A stretch of DNA of 64,000 nt, taken from an uncultured Candidatus Peribacteria bacterium (GTDB taxonomy: Bacteria > Patescibacteriota > Gracilibacteria > UBA1369). Below the pieces are notes generated by a model. It did not search any database and was not told where the DNA came from. It worked only from the letters and a program-made list of their open reading frames with translations. Numbering within the stretch: position 1 is the first letter of the stretch; each line of letters starts with the position of its first letter. Where the stretch lies: positions 35,548 through 99,547 of the forward strand of contig CAZUXI010000001.1 of assembly GCA_964624115.1 (NCBI GenBank), read 5' to 3'. A program made the translations under genes and the position numbers. This document shows positions 18,133 through 26,789 of the stretch, piece by piece.

Positions 18133-18277
18133 AATTTTTGAAGGGTTCAATGATTATGGATGGATACTCTACTGCATTTTTATTTTTTTGCAACATTTCT
18201 TTTTTTTGTGGGGTATGAATTGAGAAGTTTTTTAGATGTGATCGGTACCTTGATGGGGATTTTATGAAAAAAAACTT

Positions 18278-19846
18278 ATGGCTATTCGACTTTTTTCAGC
18301 TATGGCATTGGGTCTTCAGGGAAAATTGATTGAAGTTGAAGTGGATATCTTTCAGGGCATGCCGGCGTTTCAGATTGTAGGTCTTGGCGACACTGCGGTA
18401 CAGGAGGCGAAGGAACGGATTCGATCGGCGATTAAAAATAGCGGGATGAAGTATCCGCAACAGAAGAAGGTTGTTAATTTGGGTCCGGCCTCTTTAAAAA
18501 AAACCGGACCGCAGTTTGATTTGGTCATGGCACTTGGGATTTTAGCAGTGAGTGGGGTTTTTAGGGCCGAATTACTCAAAGATTATTTGATTCTTGGAGA
18601 ACTTAATTTGAATGGTGATGTGCGGGGAATGAGTGGGGTGCTTACTCTTGCATTATTTGCACGAGCATTAGGGAAAAAACTTTTGTTGCCAGAGGAAAAT
18701 TTTGTTGAAGCTTCGTTGGTAAAAGGGGTCGAAGTGCTGCCCGTGAGTTCGCTTCAGCATCTGGTTGAGGTATTGCTTCAAGGTGAAGATTGGCAGAAAA
18801 AGCTTTTGATTGGTAGAAATGTGGATATGATTTTGGAGAAGAAAGTTCGGAGTGATGTGGAGAGTCGAATAAAAATACGATTCGAGGATATTGTTGGCCA
18901 ACAGGCAGCGAAACGGGCCTTGATGGTTGCGGCAGCTGGTGGGCATCATGTGCTTATGCAGGGGGTTCCTGGAGTGGGGAAAACGTTGTTGGCCAAGGCG
19001 ATGGCGGGCATTTTACCACCACTTTCTGAGCAGGAGATGCTGGAGGTGTGGCAAATTCATTCATGCGCTGGAGTGTTTCAAGGGGGACAAAAAGAGCAGC
19101 CTGCGTTGTTTTTACGAATGTTTCGCGAGGTACAGCCGAGTATTTCTCTTGTTGCCTTGCTTGGGGGTGGTGCTCAGTTGAAGCCTGGAGAGATTTCCTT
19201 GGCGCATCATGGAGTGCTATTTTTGGATGAGATTGCAGAGTTTCCGCGAGCGCATTTGGAGTCTTTGCGCCAGCCGTTGGAGAGTAAAAAGTTTCAGGTG
19301 CAGCGAGTTTCTGGAGTGGTGGTGTATCCGGCTCAGTTTACTTTGATTGGAAGTATGAACCCTTGTCCGTGCGGGTATTTTGGTGATGAGGTGAAGGAGT
19401 GTACTTGTTCACCGGCGCAGGTTTTGGGTTATCAAAAAAAGATTTCTGGGCCGATTTTGGATCGGTTTGATTTGATTTTGGATCTGAAACGACCAAGGAA
19501 AAATGTTGAGGTCAATGGTGTAGCGGCGCAGTTTCTTTCCACGCTGGAAGTCAAAGGGTTGGTGGAAAAAGCCCGAGCTGTTCAACACAAAAGATTTAAC
19601 GGCGGGCCTACCTATTTGAATAGTCAAATGAATGTTCGTGAAATTCAGAAGTTTTGTACGTTAAGATCGGAAGGATGGAAAATTTTGGACACAGCTGAAA
19701 GCACCATGGGGTTTTCGTTTCGTCGTAGAGATATGGTGTTAAAAACAGCACGGACGATTGCAGATATTGCGGGAAGCGTCCTGATTGAGAACGAACATTT
19801 GGCTGAGGCTTTGCTGTATTCGCGAGGGATTGGTGTTATGAGGTGA
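18278..19846 (+). CDS. comM: YifB/ComM-family Mg-chelatase-like AAA+ ATPase
   Basis: N-terminal Lon-protease-like domain (EVDIFQGMPAFQIVGLGDTAVQEAKERIRSAI), Walker A GVPGVGKT, Walker B LFLDEIAEF, and the Cys cluster NPCPCGY. Confidence 0.85.
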   Translation: MAIRLFSAMALGLQGKLIEVEVDIFQGMPAFQIVGLGDTAVQEAKERIRSAIKNSGMKYPQQKKVVNLGPASLKKTGPQFDLVMALGILAVSGVFRAELLKDYLILGELNLNGDVRGMSGVLTLALFARALGKKLLLPEENFVEASLVKGVEVLPVSSLQHLVEVLLQGEDWQKKLLIGRNVDMILEKKVRSDVESRIKIRFEDIVGQQAAKRALMVAAAGGHHVLMQGVPGVGKTLLAKAMAGILPPLSEQEMLEVWQIHSCAGVFQGGQKEQPALFLRMFREVQPSISLVALLGGGAQLKPGEISLAHHGVLFLDEIAEFPRAHLESLRQPLESKKFQVQRVSGVVVYPAQFTLIGSMNPCPCGYFGDEVKECTCSPAQVLGYQKKISGPILDRFDLILDLKRPRKNVEVNGVAAQFLSTLEVKGLVEKARAVQHKRFNGGPTYLNSQMNVREIQKFCTLRSEGWKILDTAESTMGFSFRRRDMVLKTARTIADIAGSVLIENEHLAEALLYSRGIGVMR

Positions 19847-20924
19847 GCCTGAGTTGGTATACATCGTCATTGAATTTCAGGTAGAGGCCGTTTTTGGTTT
19901 CGTTGAGTTTGATGGCGTTGGGGAGGTTTGGAAAATCGAGGGTTTTTACGAAGGTGAAAGTGTTTTCGGTGGTGTTGTATTTGAGTATGTTGACTTGATT
20001 TTCGGTTATTTGATTGGTTAATGTTACGGGAATATCGGGCAGACTGGTTTGATTTTGTGGAAATTCGATGTCTTGGAGCGTGGCGGCGAAGAAAGTGTGT
20101 TGATCAATTGTGGCGAGGTTTTCGAGAGTTGTTTGGAGTTCAAATTTGCGTGGACTGTCTCCGTTCTTCACATAATAGAGCGTTTCGATGATGTCGTCTT
20201 TTGCTCTTCCTTGAAGGATGTAATCGTCTTTGGATAGCCAAAAGACATTTTTTATAAATTTGAAGGTGAGCAGATTTTCACGTTTTTTTTGCTTGAGATC
20301 AACGAGGTAGAGTTCAGACTTTTCGTCAGTGATATCGATGATGAGAATGAGGTTTTGGCTTGGAATTGGGATGATACGATGGTTTTTCATGCGTCGGAGA
20401 AAGGAGGTGATGTTTTCTCCTTTTGGTTCAGTGATATCTCCGGTTGCGGAGAGTTCATAGAGCATGAGGTTTTGGCGATTTTGGTTTTCATCGGTTTCGA
20501 GCCATGCGAGGTAGCCATCTTGTGCGAAATATTTTTGGGGATTGTTGGCAACGAAAGAAATTGGAGGTGGAAAGATCGTGAGATCGGTGTTTTTTCCCAG
20601 CTGGTCGAGGGTGGGAATGTATTTGAAATCTACCGGGATACTTAGCGGCTTACCAAAAATAAGATTAAGGGTAAATACCTGGCTTTCAAAACCATTCTTG
20701 GTCAGGGTGAAAAATTGTGTTCCAGGTGACCCGTACATGGTGCAAGGTGATTTTTCACAGTTCAATGGGGCTTCATTGTTCATTCGGATCGCAAAGGGTG
20801 GTTCAGCAATGAAGGATATTTCCGCTTTATTAAGGAAAAGTAACCAGGTGAGTGTAACGGTTATGAAAAGTGCGGTTATGATAATGAAGATGAGCGCAAG
20901 AAGCTTTTTCGCCTGATTGGTCAT
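19836..20924 (-). CDS. Hypothetical membrane-anchored protein
   Basis: 362-aa ORF with an N-terminal TM (LLALIFIIITALFITVTLTWLLFL). I recognise no motif. Confidence 0.5.
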   Translation of the reverse strand: MTNQAKKLLALIFIIITALFITVTLTWLLFLNKAEISFIAEPPFAIRMNNEAPLNCEKSPCTMYGSPGTQFFTLTKNGFESQVFTLNLIFGKPLSIPVDFKYIPTLDQLGKNTDLTIFPPPISFVANNPQKYFAQDGYLAWLETDENQNRQNLMLYELSATGDITEPKGENITSFLRRMKNHRIIPIPSQNLILIIDITDEKSELYLVDLKQKKRENLLTFKFIKNVFWLSKDDYILQGRAKDDIIETLYYVKNGDSPRKFELQTTLENLATIDQHTFFAATLQDIEFPQNQTSLPDIPVTLTNQITENQVNILKYNTTENTFTFVKTLDFPNLPNAIKLNETKNGLYLKFNDDVYQLRLTS

Positions 20925-20960
20925 GATTGATGAATTTTGATTTGCTGTTTCTATAGTGCC

Positions 20961-21314
20961 TTATTCGGCAAAAATATCCAAATAATGTTTTAAGGTGTGA
21001 GGTGTAAGAGTAATGAGGTCACAACGCCAGGAGGGGTGAGGGATTTTGTGTGATGTATACTTGTGTTGTAGGTATTGATGAATTGCCCATGCCAGATGTT
21101 TTTTTTTACGAGGTGTCATTGACTCTTCAGGCGTCCCAAAATGTTCATTTTGACGCATTTTTACTTCCACAAAAATAAGGAAGTTTTTCTTTTGGAGAAT
21201 AAGATCGATTTCGCCACCAGGAACTCGATAGTTCTTTTTGACCAGTTGATATCCAAGATTTTGAAAATATTCCATCGCCCTTTCCTCTGCTAAAATTCCG
21301 GTAGAGTAGGACAT
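20961..21314 (-). CDS. yraN: YraN-family (UPF0102) endonuclease-like protein
   Basis: GILAEERAMEYFQNLGYQLVKKNYRVPGGEIDLILQKKNFLIFVEVKMR is the canonical YraN pattern. Confidence 0.8.
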   Translation of the reverse strand: MSYSTGILAEERAMEYFQNLGYQLVKKNYRVPGGEIDLILQKKNFLIFVEVKMRQNEHFGTPEESMTPRKKKHLAWAIHQYLQHKYTSHKIPHPSWRCDLITLTPHTLKHYLDIFAE

Positions 21315-21406
21315 AAAAAAATAAAAAAAATTAAGTGTCCAGATAAAAATAAGAGGAAAAGCTTAAAGAAAAATAAAAAAGAAGTAAAATCCGGGCGACT
21401 GAGCAA

Positions 21407-22786
21407 ATGACAGAAGAAAATATGCAAGAGACATTCAAAGTACCTCCCCATAGTCTGGAGGCCGAAAAGTCGACTCTGGGAGCCATGTTGATTGATAAAG
21501 ATGCCGTGATGAAAGTTGCGGATATCATCCAAGCGGATGATTTTTATCATTTAGCTCATGGGACCATTTTTCAGGTAATTTTTGACCTTTATGATCGACG
21601 TTCACCGATTGATCTTTTGACCGTGAATAATTTATTGGAAGATCGTGGGCAACTGGAACAGGTGGGTGGGGCTTCCTATTTGGCTGCACTTGCCAATGAA
21701 GTTCCCACGGCAAGTCATATTTTTCAATATGCTTTGATAATTAAACATAAAGCTACGTTGAGAAAACTCATTAAGGCGGGCGATACCATCACCGGTTTAG
21801 GTTATAACTCAATGGACCCGCTCGAGGAGCTCTTAGAGAATGCTGAAAAAGCTCTCTTTGGTGTTTCGCAGACTTTTTTGAAGGATCGATTTATCCATAT
21901 TAAGGAGGTGTTGAATGCAACGTATGAAAAAATAACTGAGCTTCATGATCCGGAAATGAAGGATAAGTATCGGGGCATACCGACCGGTTTTGTCGATTTG
22001 GATGGAATTCTTTCCGGCTTTCAACCGGCAGATTTGGTTATTTTGGCGGCACGGCCTTCCATGGGTAAAACGGCTTTGGCTTTGAATGTGGCCCAAAATA
22101 TTGCCCAGAAAGGTTTTAGCTGTGGAATTATTTCTTTGGAAATGTCCAAAGAGCAGTTGGTGGAACGTATGTTCTGTTCATTGCTCGAAGTGGATTCCTG
22201 GAAATTACGAACTGGGAAATTAACCGAAGAGGATTTTATGCGTATTGGAGCGGTCATGGACGAGATGTATGCTATGAAGGTTTATATTGATGATTCCGTG
22301 GGGAATTCGATTGCCGAATTGCGGGCGAAGGCAAGAAGGCTTCAGATGGAACATGGCTTAAACTTTTTGATTATTGATTACCTTCAGTTGATGAGTAGTG
22401 GAGGAAAAGGTTTTAATCAGACAAACCGGGTGCAGGAAATTTCCGAGATTTCACGGGCATTGAAGGGGTTAGCGAGGGAGTTAAAGATTCCAATTTTGGC
22501 TTTATCTCAGCTTTCACGTGCGGTGGAGTTGCGTCCAAGTAAAGTGCCACAACTTTCGGATTTGCGTGAATCTGGGGCGATTGAGCAGGACGCGGATGTG
22601 GTGATGATGATGTATCGGGAGGATTATTATGAGGAAGATACGGACCGAAAAGGGATTACGGATATTTTTGTGCGGAAGCATCGTAATGGGCCGGTAGGCC
22701 GGGTGGAGCTGGGGTTTAAGAAGGAACAGTTGAAGTTTTATAGCTTAGAACGAAATCGGAAGAGTGAAGATTATGCGATGGATTAA
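21407..22786 (+). CDS. dnaB: Replicative DNA helicase
   Basis: N-terminal PPHSLEAEKSTLGAML, Walker A ARPSMGKTALAL, IIDYLQLM, and SQLSRAVE...SDLRESGAIEQDAD. Confidence 0.95.
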   Translation: MTEENMQETFKVPPHSLEAEKSTLGAMLIDKDAVMKVADIIQADDFYHLAHGTIFQVIFDLYDRRSPIDLLTVNNLLEDRGQLEQVGGASYLAALANEVPTASHIFQYALIIKHKATLRKLIKAGDTITGLGYNSMDPLEELLENAEKALFGVSQTFLKDRFIHIKEVLNATYEKITELHDPEMKDKYRGIPTGFVDLDGILSGFQPADLVILAARPSMGKTALALNVAQNIAQKGFSCGIISLEMSKEQLVERMFCSLLEVDSWKLRTGKLTEEDFMRIGAVMDEMYAMKVYIDDSVGNSIAELRAKARRLQMEHGLNFLIIDYLQLMSSGGKGFNQTNRVQEISEISRALKGLARELKIPILALSQLSRAVELRPSKVPQLSDLRESGAIEQDADVVMMMYREDYYEEDTDRKGITDIFVRKHRNGPVGRVELGFKKEQLKFYSLERNRKSEDYAMD

Positions 22787-22946
22787 CGAGGAGGGGAAAC
22801 GAGGTTTCCCCCTCGTAGGCTCCCCCTTCCTATAAAGTCAAAAAATAAAAGGTACTTCGCTTAACTTCGCATTTTACTTTTTAGGGAACCCACAAGACCC
22901 TTAAAAGTAAAATACTACGTGCCGCTTCGTACCTTTTATTTTTTGC
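22773..22946 (+). repeat. Repeat element copy A: 20-codon ORF/hairpin module (MRWINEEGKRGFPLVGSPFL*), then a 16-bp outer stem enclosing a conserved core hairpin
   Basis: It aligns with 54952-55113. Hairpin ggggaaac/gtttcccc lies at 22793-22811. The outer stem is 22840-22855 paired with 22929-22944 (16/16). The core 22858-22925 is nearly identical to copy B. Confidence 0.8.
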
Positions 22947-23188
22947 AGGTTTCATTATTGTTGATTTATATTTGTCATTTTTTTGGTTGATTTTTCGGGA
23001 AAGTGGGCGTTATAGTGCGCGCGTTCTTTAAAAATGCCTTTTGTAGCTTTTGGTTAGCGGAAAGTTTCGGGATAAAGTCTTCTTTTTTTGGGGAAGTTTT
23101 ATGCGAGGTTTTCCGCTGGCCTCAAGTTCTGGGCTATGCCTGTGGCTCTGACAGGTTCAGAGTGTGTTGTGTTCGTGGAGGTGGTTCC

Positions 23189-23674
23189 ATGGCTGATTTG
23201 AAGGTGTTTGTGGGGCTCGTGGGGACTAAGACTGTTGTCCGTGTTGCCGAGACCGAAGTGCAGGCTCGGCAGGGGCTCGACGGGGAGCCTACGTTCTTGA
23301 TCAATGTCGAGAATGAGGGTACGAAAAAGCCTCCACCTGAGTTGGAAGGGATTCTCGACGCGATTGGGCTCTTTGGGCAAGCCACGAAAGAGGAGCTTGA
23401 AGTTGCTCTTCTTTTCATGCTGGTCTCAGGTATAGAGATTGGCTCGCGGATCCGGCTGGAGAACTTGGAAAAACCTGAGGACTTTGTCCGGGTTACCCGG
23501 AGCGTCTTCGGACTGAATCCCGTTCTCGACCAAGAGCCGACGGACCGAGCTCCTCCGGTTACCACGACCTTGCCGCCGCCGGGTCACGACGACCCGACGG
23601 ATCGCCCTCCCGTAGTCGGGGATGACCAGGACGACCCTGGCCATCCTGAGTACAAGCAGCCCAAGGGCTGCTGA
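23189..23674 (+). CDS. Orphan acidic 161-aa protein with a Pro-rich C-terminus, carried on GC-rich cassette 2
   Basis: GGAGGTG lies 6 nt before ATG 23189. The frame is coherent (MADLKVFVGLVGTKTVVRVAETEVQARQG...DDPGHPEYKQPKGC). The antisense ORFs are Ser/Arg-rich junk. A hairpin plus T-run follows the TGA stop. Confidence 0.6.
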   Translation: MADLKVFVGLVGTKTVVRVAETEVQARQGLDGEPTFLINVENEGTKKPPPELEGILDAIGLFGQATKEELEVALLFMLVSGIEIGSRIRLENLEKPEDFVRVTRSVFGLNPVLDQEPTDRAPPVTTTLPPPGHDDPTDRPPVVGDDQDDPGHPEYKQPKGC

Positions 23675-23828
23675 AGGCCACAGGCGAGAACTTCTGGGTG
23701 GTCGGTTGAGCTTTGCTCCCGGCCGCCCAGTTCGCTGTGTTTGTTTTTTTAATTTTTGTGTTTTGCGATTTGGTTTTTTTGCTGGTTTTGAGTATGCTAG
23801 CGGAGGTATTTTAGCTGTTTCTATTTTT

Positions 23829-25373
23829 ATGTCAGAACATTCAACTTCATCGTCTCTTTCGCCGTCTCAAGAGTTTGAGGAACGGAAACGAAAACTTCAG
23901 GATTTGCGGGATGCCAAAATTTCGCCTTATCCAGAGCGGTTTGAGCGGACTCATTTGACCCGGGAGGCTCGGGATTTTGCTGAAAAGAATCCGCCACGTC
24001 CTTTGGAAGATATTTTGAATGGGCCAAAAAATGAGGTTTCTTTGGCGGGTCGATTGATGTTGATGAGACCGCATGGGAAACTTACTTTTGGTCAAATTCA
24101 GGATGCGGGTGGTCGGCTTCAGATCTGTTTTATGCAGGACTTTTTGGGTGTTGATGCCTACAAAATGTTGAAAAAGATTGATATGGCGGACTTTTTGAGC
24201 GTGAAAGGAGAACTTTTTTTGACCAAACATGGAGAGATTACGGTTCTGGTCAAAGAGTATCAATTGCTTTCAAAAGCTCTTCGCCCTCTTCCGGAAAAAT
24301 TTCATGGACTCAAAGATACTGAATCCCAGTACCGTTACCGGTATTTGGATATGCTGAGTAATCCGCAAACTTATGAGCGGTTTATTGTGCGAAGTAAGCT
24401 TATTTCTGCGCTGCGGAAGTTTTTGGATAGTCATAATTTTTTGGAGATTGAAACACCGATTTTGAATACGATTGCTTCGGGGGCTATGGCAAAACCGTTT
24501 GTGACTCATCATAACGCTCTCGATTTTGATGTCTTTTTGCGGATTGCACCTGAAACTTATTTGAAACGTGCGGTGGTTGGTGGATTGGAACGAGTGTATG
24601 AGTTTGCGAAATGTTTTCGGAATGAAGGGATTGATCCTTCACACCTTCAAGAGTTTACGATGCTGGAGTTTTATGGCTCCTACTGGAACTTTGAGGACAA
24701 TATGAACTTTACGGAGAACATGATTGTGGAGGCGATTAAAGAGGTAAATGGAGGAAGTCTCCAGGTAAAATGTTTGGATCGTGATGGGAAAGAACAGCTG
24801 ATTGATTTTGCTGCGCCTTGGCCACGGGTTCAATTTGGGGAGTTGATTCGTCAGGATTGCGGGATTGATATTTTGGAATATTACAATGATGCTCCAGGTC
24901 TTTTGAAAGCGATTAAAGATAAAGGTATCAAACTTGAAAAAGCTGAAGGTCTTGGGTATGGAAATTTATGTGATGCACTCTATAAGAAGGTTTCTCGTCC
25001 AAATTTAATTCAACCAATGTTTGTGATTAAGCATCCGGTGGATACCAAACCGCTTGCACGCCGCAATGATGATGACCCTCGATTGGCTGACACTTTTCAG
25101 CTCCTGGTGAATACGTGGGAAATTGTGAATGCTTATTCTGAGCTTGTTGATCCGCTTGATCAACGGGAACGTTTGGTCAATCAAGCGTCTGCCAAGGCGG
25201 GCGGGGATGATGAAGCGATGCCGATGGATGAAGATTACCTGCTTTCCATGGAGCATGGTATGCCGCCGATGTCCGGGTTTGGAATGGGTATTGACCGATT
25301 GATGGCGCTTTTGAGTCAGCAGGATAACCTTAAAGATGTGGTCCTCTTCCCACTCATGAAACCGCAGGAGTAA
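23829..25373 (+). CDS. lysS: Lysyl-tRNA synthetase, class II
   Basis: ORF 23622..25373; the start is taken at ATG 23829 (MSEHSTSS...). It has an OB-fold N-domain, CFRNEGID (motif 2 region) and GFGMGIDRLMALL (motif 3). Confidence 0.9.
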   Translation: MSEHSTSSSLSPSQEFEERKRKLQDLRDAKISPYPERFERTHLTREARDFAEKNPPRPLEDILNGPKNEVSLAGRLMLMRPHGKLTFGQIQDAGGRLQICFMQDFLGVDAYKMLKKIDMADFLSVKGELFLTKHGEITVLVKEYQLLSKALRPLPEKFHGLKDTESQYRYRYLDMLSNPQTYERFIVRSKLISALRKFLDSHNFLEIETPILNTIASGAMAKPFVTHHNALDFDVFLRIAPETYLKRAVVGGLERVYEFAKCFRNEGIDPSHLQEFTMLEFYGSYWNFEDNMNFTENMIVEAIKEVNGGSLQVKCLDRDGKEQLIDFAAPWPRVQFGELIRQDCGIDILEYYNDAPGLLKAIKDKGIKLEKAEGLGYGNLCDALYKKVSRPNLIQPMFVIKHPVDTKPLARRNDDDPRLADTFQLLVNTWEIVNAYSELVDPLDQRERLVNQASAKAGGDDEAMPMDEDYLLSMEHGMPPMSGFGMGIDRLMALLSQQDNLKDVVLFPLMKPQE

Positions 25374-25426
25374 TCTTGTCGCATTGGAGGATCCAACGAA
25401 GGCTTTTTTTATTGTCTCTTCGAATT

Positions 25427-26758
25427 ATGCCCAAAAATATCAATATTCGCTCGTGGTACCAAAGGTATCTTTTGCTCGCACCGTTTGCGATTGTGGCGGC
25501 AGTTTTTCAGTGGCATTTTCAGCAATTTTTGCCTTTTCAATCACGATTTAAAGGACCAGAGTTTTTTGATTTTTTAAGTGTATTGGATCTGTATGTGATG
25601 GGGTTGGTTTTATTTTTTGCCGTGATTTTGGTTCAAAAAGCATTACCGCAAAAAGTAAGAAGGTTCCCTTGGGAGTTTGTTTTTGGGTTTGGACTGCTTT
25701 TGTTGGCAGGTGTTTTGGAACTCTTTTTTCAGACAGTGTATGGACCCGCCCTTACGACTCCAATACTCTACTTTCGCACGATGGTGGTTTTTCCGGTGAT
25801 TTTCTTTCTTGTTTTTTGGAGGAGTTGTGAGACTGCTACTGTTGAAAAGTTGCGACTTAGCTTTTTTGCGGCTTTGAGTTTTATGGGTGGACTTTCATTA
25901 CTTCAGTATTTTACTGGAATTTTTCCTGGGGTTATTACTGATTTTACGGCACGGCTGGTTTGGCCTTATGTGGATTTTTTGGATATGAAAGCTCAGAGTG
26001 CCAACTGGTTGGCGTTTATGATGTTACCGGGATTTATACTCAGTTTTGGGGTTTTATTTTTGGAGTATCGAAAGGGGTTACGTCGTCGTCGGACTGAGGG
26101 AGCTTGGTCAAGTTTTTCAAATTTGGGTGCGGTTATTACCTTCATTATTACTGGCTTGGTTTTGCTTTTGGTTCAATCATATGGAGCGTTTTTAGGTTTG
26201 GGGGTGGCAGTGGTGCTTTTGCTGTTTCGGAATTTGCCGTTCAAAAAGTTTTTGGTGGCGTTTGGGATTCTGATTGTTTTGGGTGGAGGATATTTTTGGT
26301 ATCAAAAGGATTCAGCAAAGTACAAGATTATTACCAATGAAGTTACCCATAAGTATGTGAACTCGATTGATGCACGCGGGGATATTTGGAAAATGAACAT
26401 GGCAATTGTTCAGAAGAATTGGGTCTTGGGTGTAGGCCTCAATCAGTATCAAAATTATTTTCGATTGTTTCATCAGGAGGTTCTGGGGAAAACTTTTTTG
26501 GAACAGCATATTCCGCCCCATCCGCATAATTTCTTTTTGGGTTTTTGGCTAAATTTGGGCATTTTTGGGTTGGTAGGGATTCTGGTTATTTTAGGCGGTA
26601 TGTTCTATCGATTTGCCTTAGAAAAGCAGAATCTGGCGATGTTTGTGATGATTGGTATTTTGCTCCATGGCATGGTGGATATTTATTATTGGAAGCAAGA
26701 GATTGTCTATGTGTTTTGGTTGGTGATTTTGTTTGCCTATTTAAGGCCAAAACATTAA
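25427..26758 (+). CDS. O-antigen ligase/Wzy_C-like polytopic membrane protein
   Basis: It has more than 10 TM helices and a periplasmic-loop pattern (RGDIWKMNMAIVQKNWVLGVGLNQYQNYF). The start is at ATG 25427. Confidence 0.6.
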   Translation: MPKNINIRSWYQRYLLLAPFAIVAAVFQWHFQQFLPFQSRFKGPEFFDFLSVLDLYVMGLVLFFAVILVQKALPQKVRRFPWEFVFGFGLLLLAGVLELFFQTVYGPALTTPILYFRTMVVFPVIFFLVFWRSCETATVEKLRLSFFAALSFMGGLSLLQYFTGIFPGVITDFTARLVWPYVDFLDMKAQSANWLAFMMLPGFILSFGVLFLEYRKGLRRRRTEGAWSSFSNLGAVITFIITGLVLLLVQSYGAFLGLGVAVVLLLFRNLPFKKFLVAFGILIVLGGGYFWYQKDSAKYKIITNEVTHKYVNSIDARGDIWKMNMAIVQKNWVLGVGLNQYQNYFRLFHQEVLGKTFLEQHIPPHPHNFFLGFWLNLGIFGLVGILVILGGMFYRFALEKQNLAMFVMIGILLHGMVDIYYWKQEIVYVFWLVILFAYLRPKH

Positions 26759-26789
26759 AATTCAGCCATCTTTTATTTATCAAAGATCT

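Noticed and set aside
21315-21406. A-rich region upstream of dnaB as a replication origin
   Set aside because: I found no clustered DnaA boxes (TTATCCACA or its complement) there. The only near-match I saw (tgtggatac, about 32468) is inside a CDS. There is no strand-skew switch in the window.
22788-22840. Reverse-strand reading of the element (LYRKGEPTRGKPRFP)
   Set aside because: The 3-nt periodicity is equally synonymous on this frame. In both copies, however, a TGA (+ 22838-40 and 55008-10) immediately precedes it and there is no start codon. The forward frame keeps a stop at the same position in A and B and has an ATG in A. I cannot fully exclude the reverse reading.
22773-23100. Retron or DGR-type element explaining the structured repeat
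   Set aside because: There is no reverse transcriptase gene and no template/variable repeat pair with A-specific mismatches anywhere in the window.
23622-23828. N-terminal 69-aa extension of lysS, and ORF 23003..23188 upstream of the cassette-2 gene
   Set aside because: The extension overlaps the cassette-2 ORF and its terminator and has no LysRS similarity. LysRS homology begins at ATG 23829. The cassette gene has a strong SD at ATG 23189.
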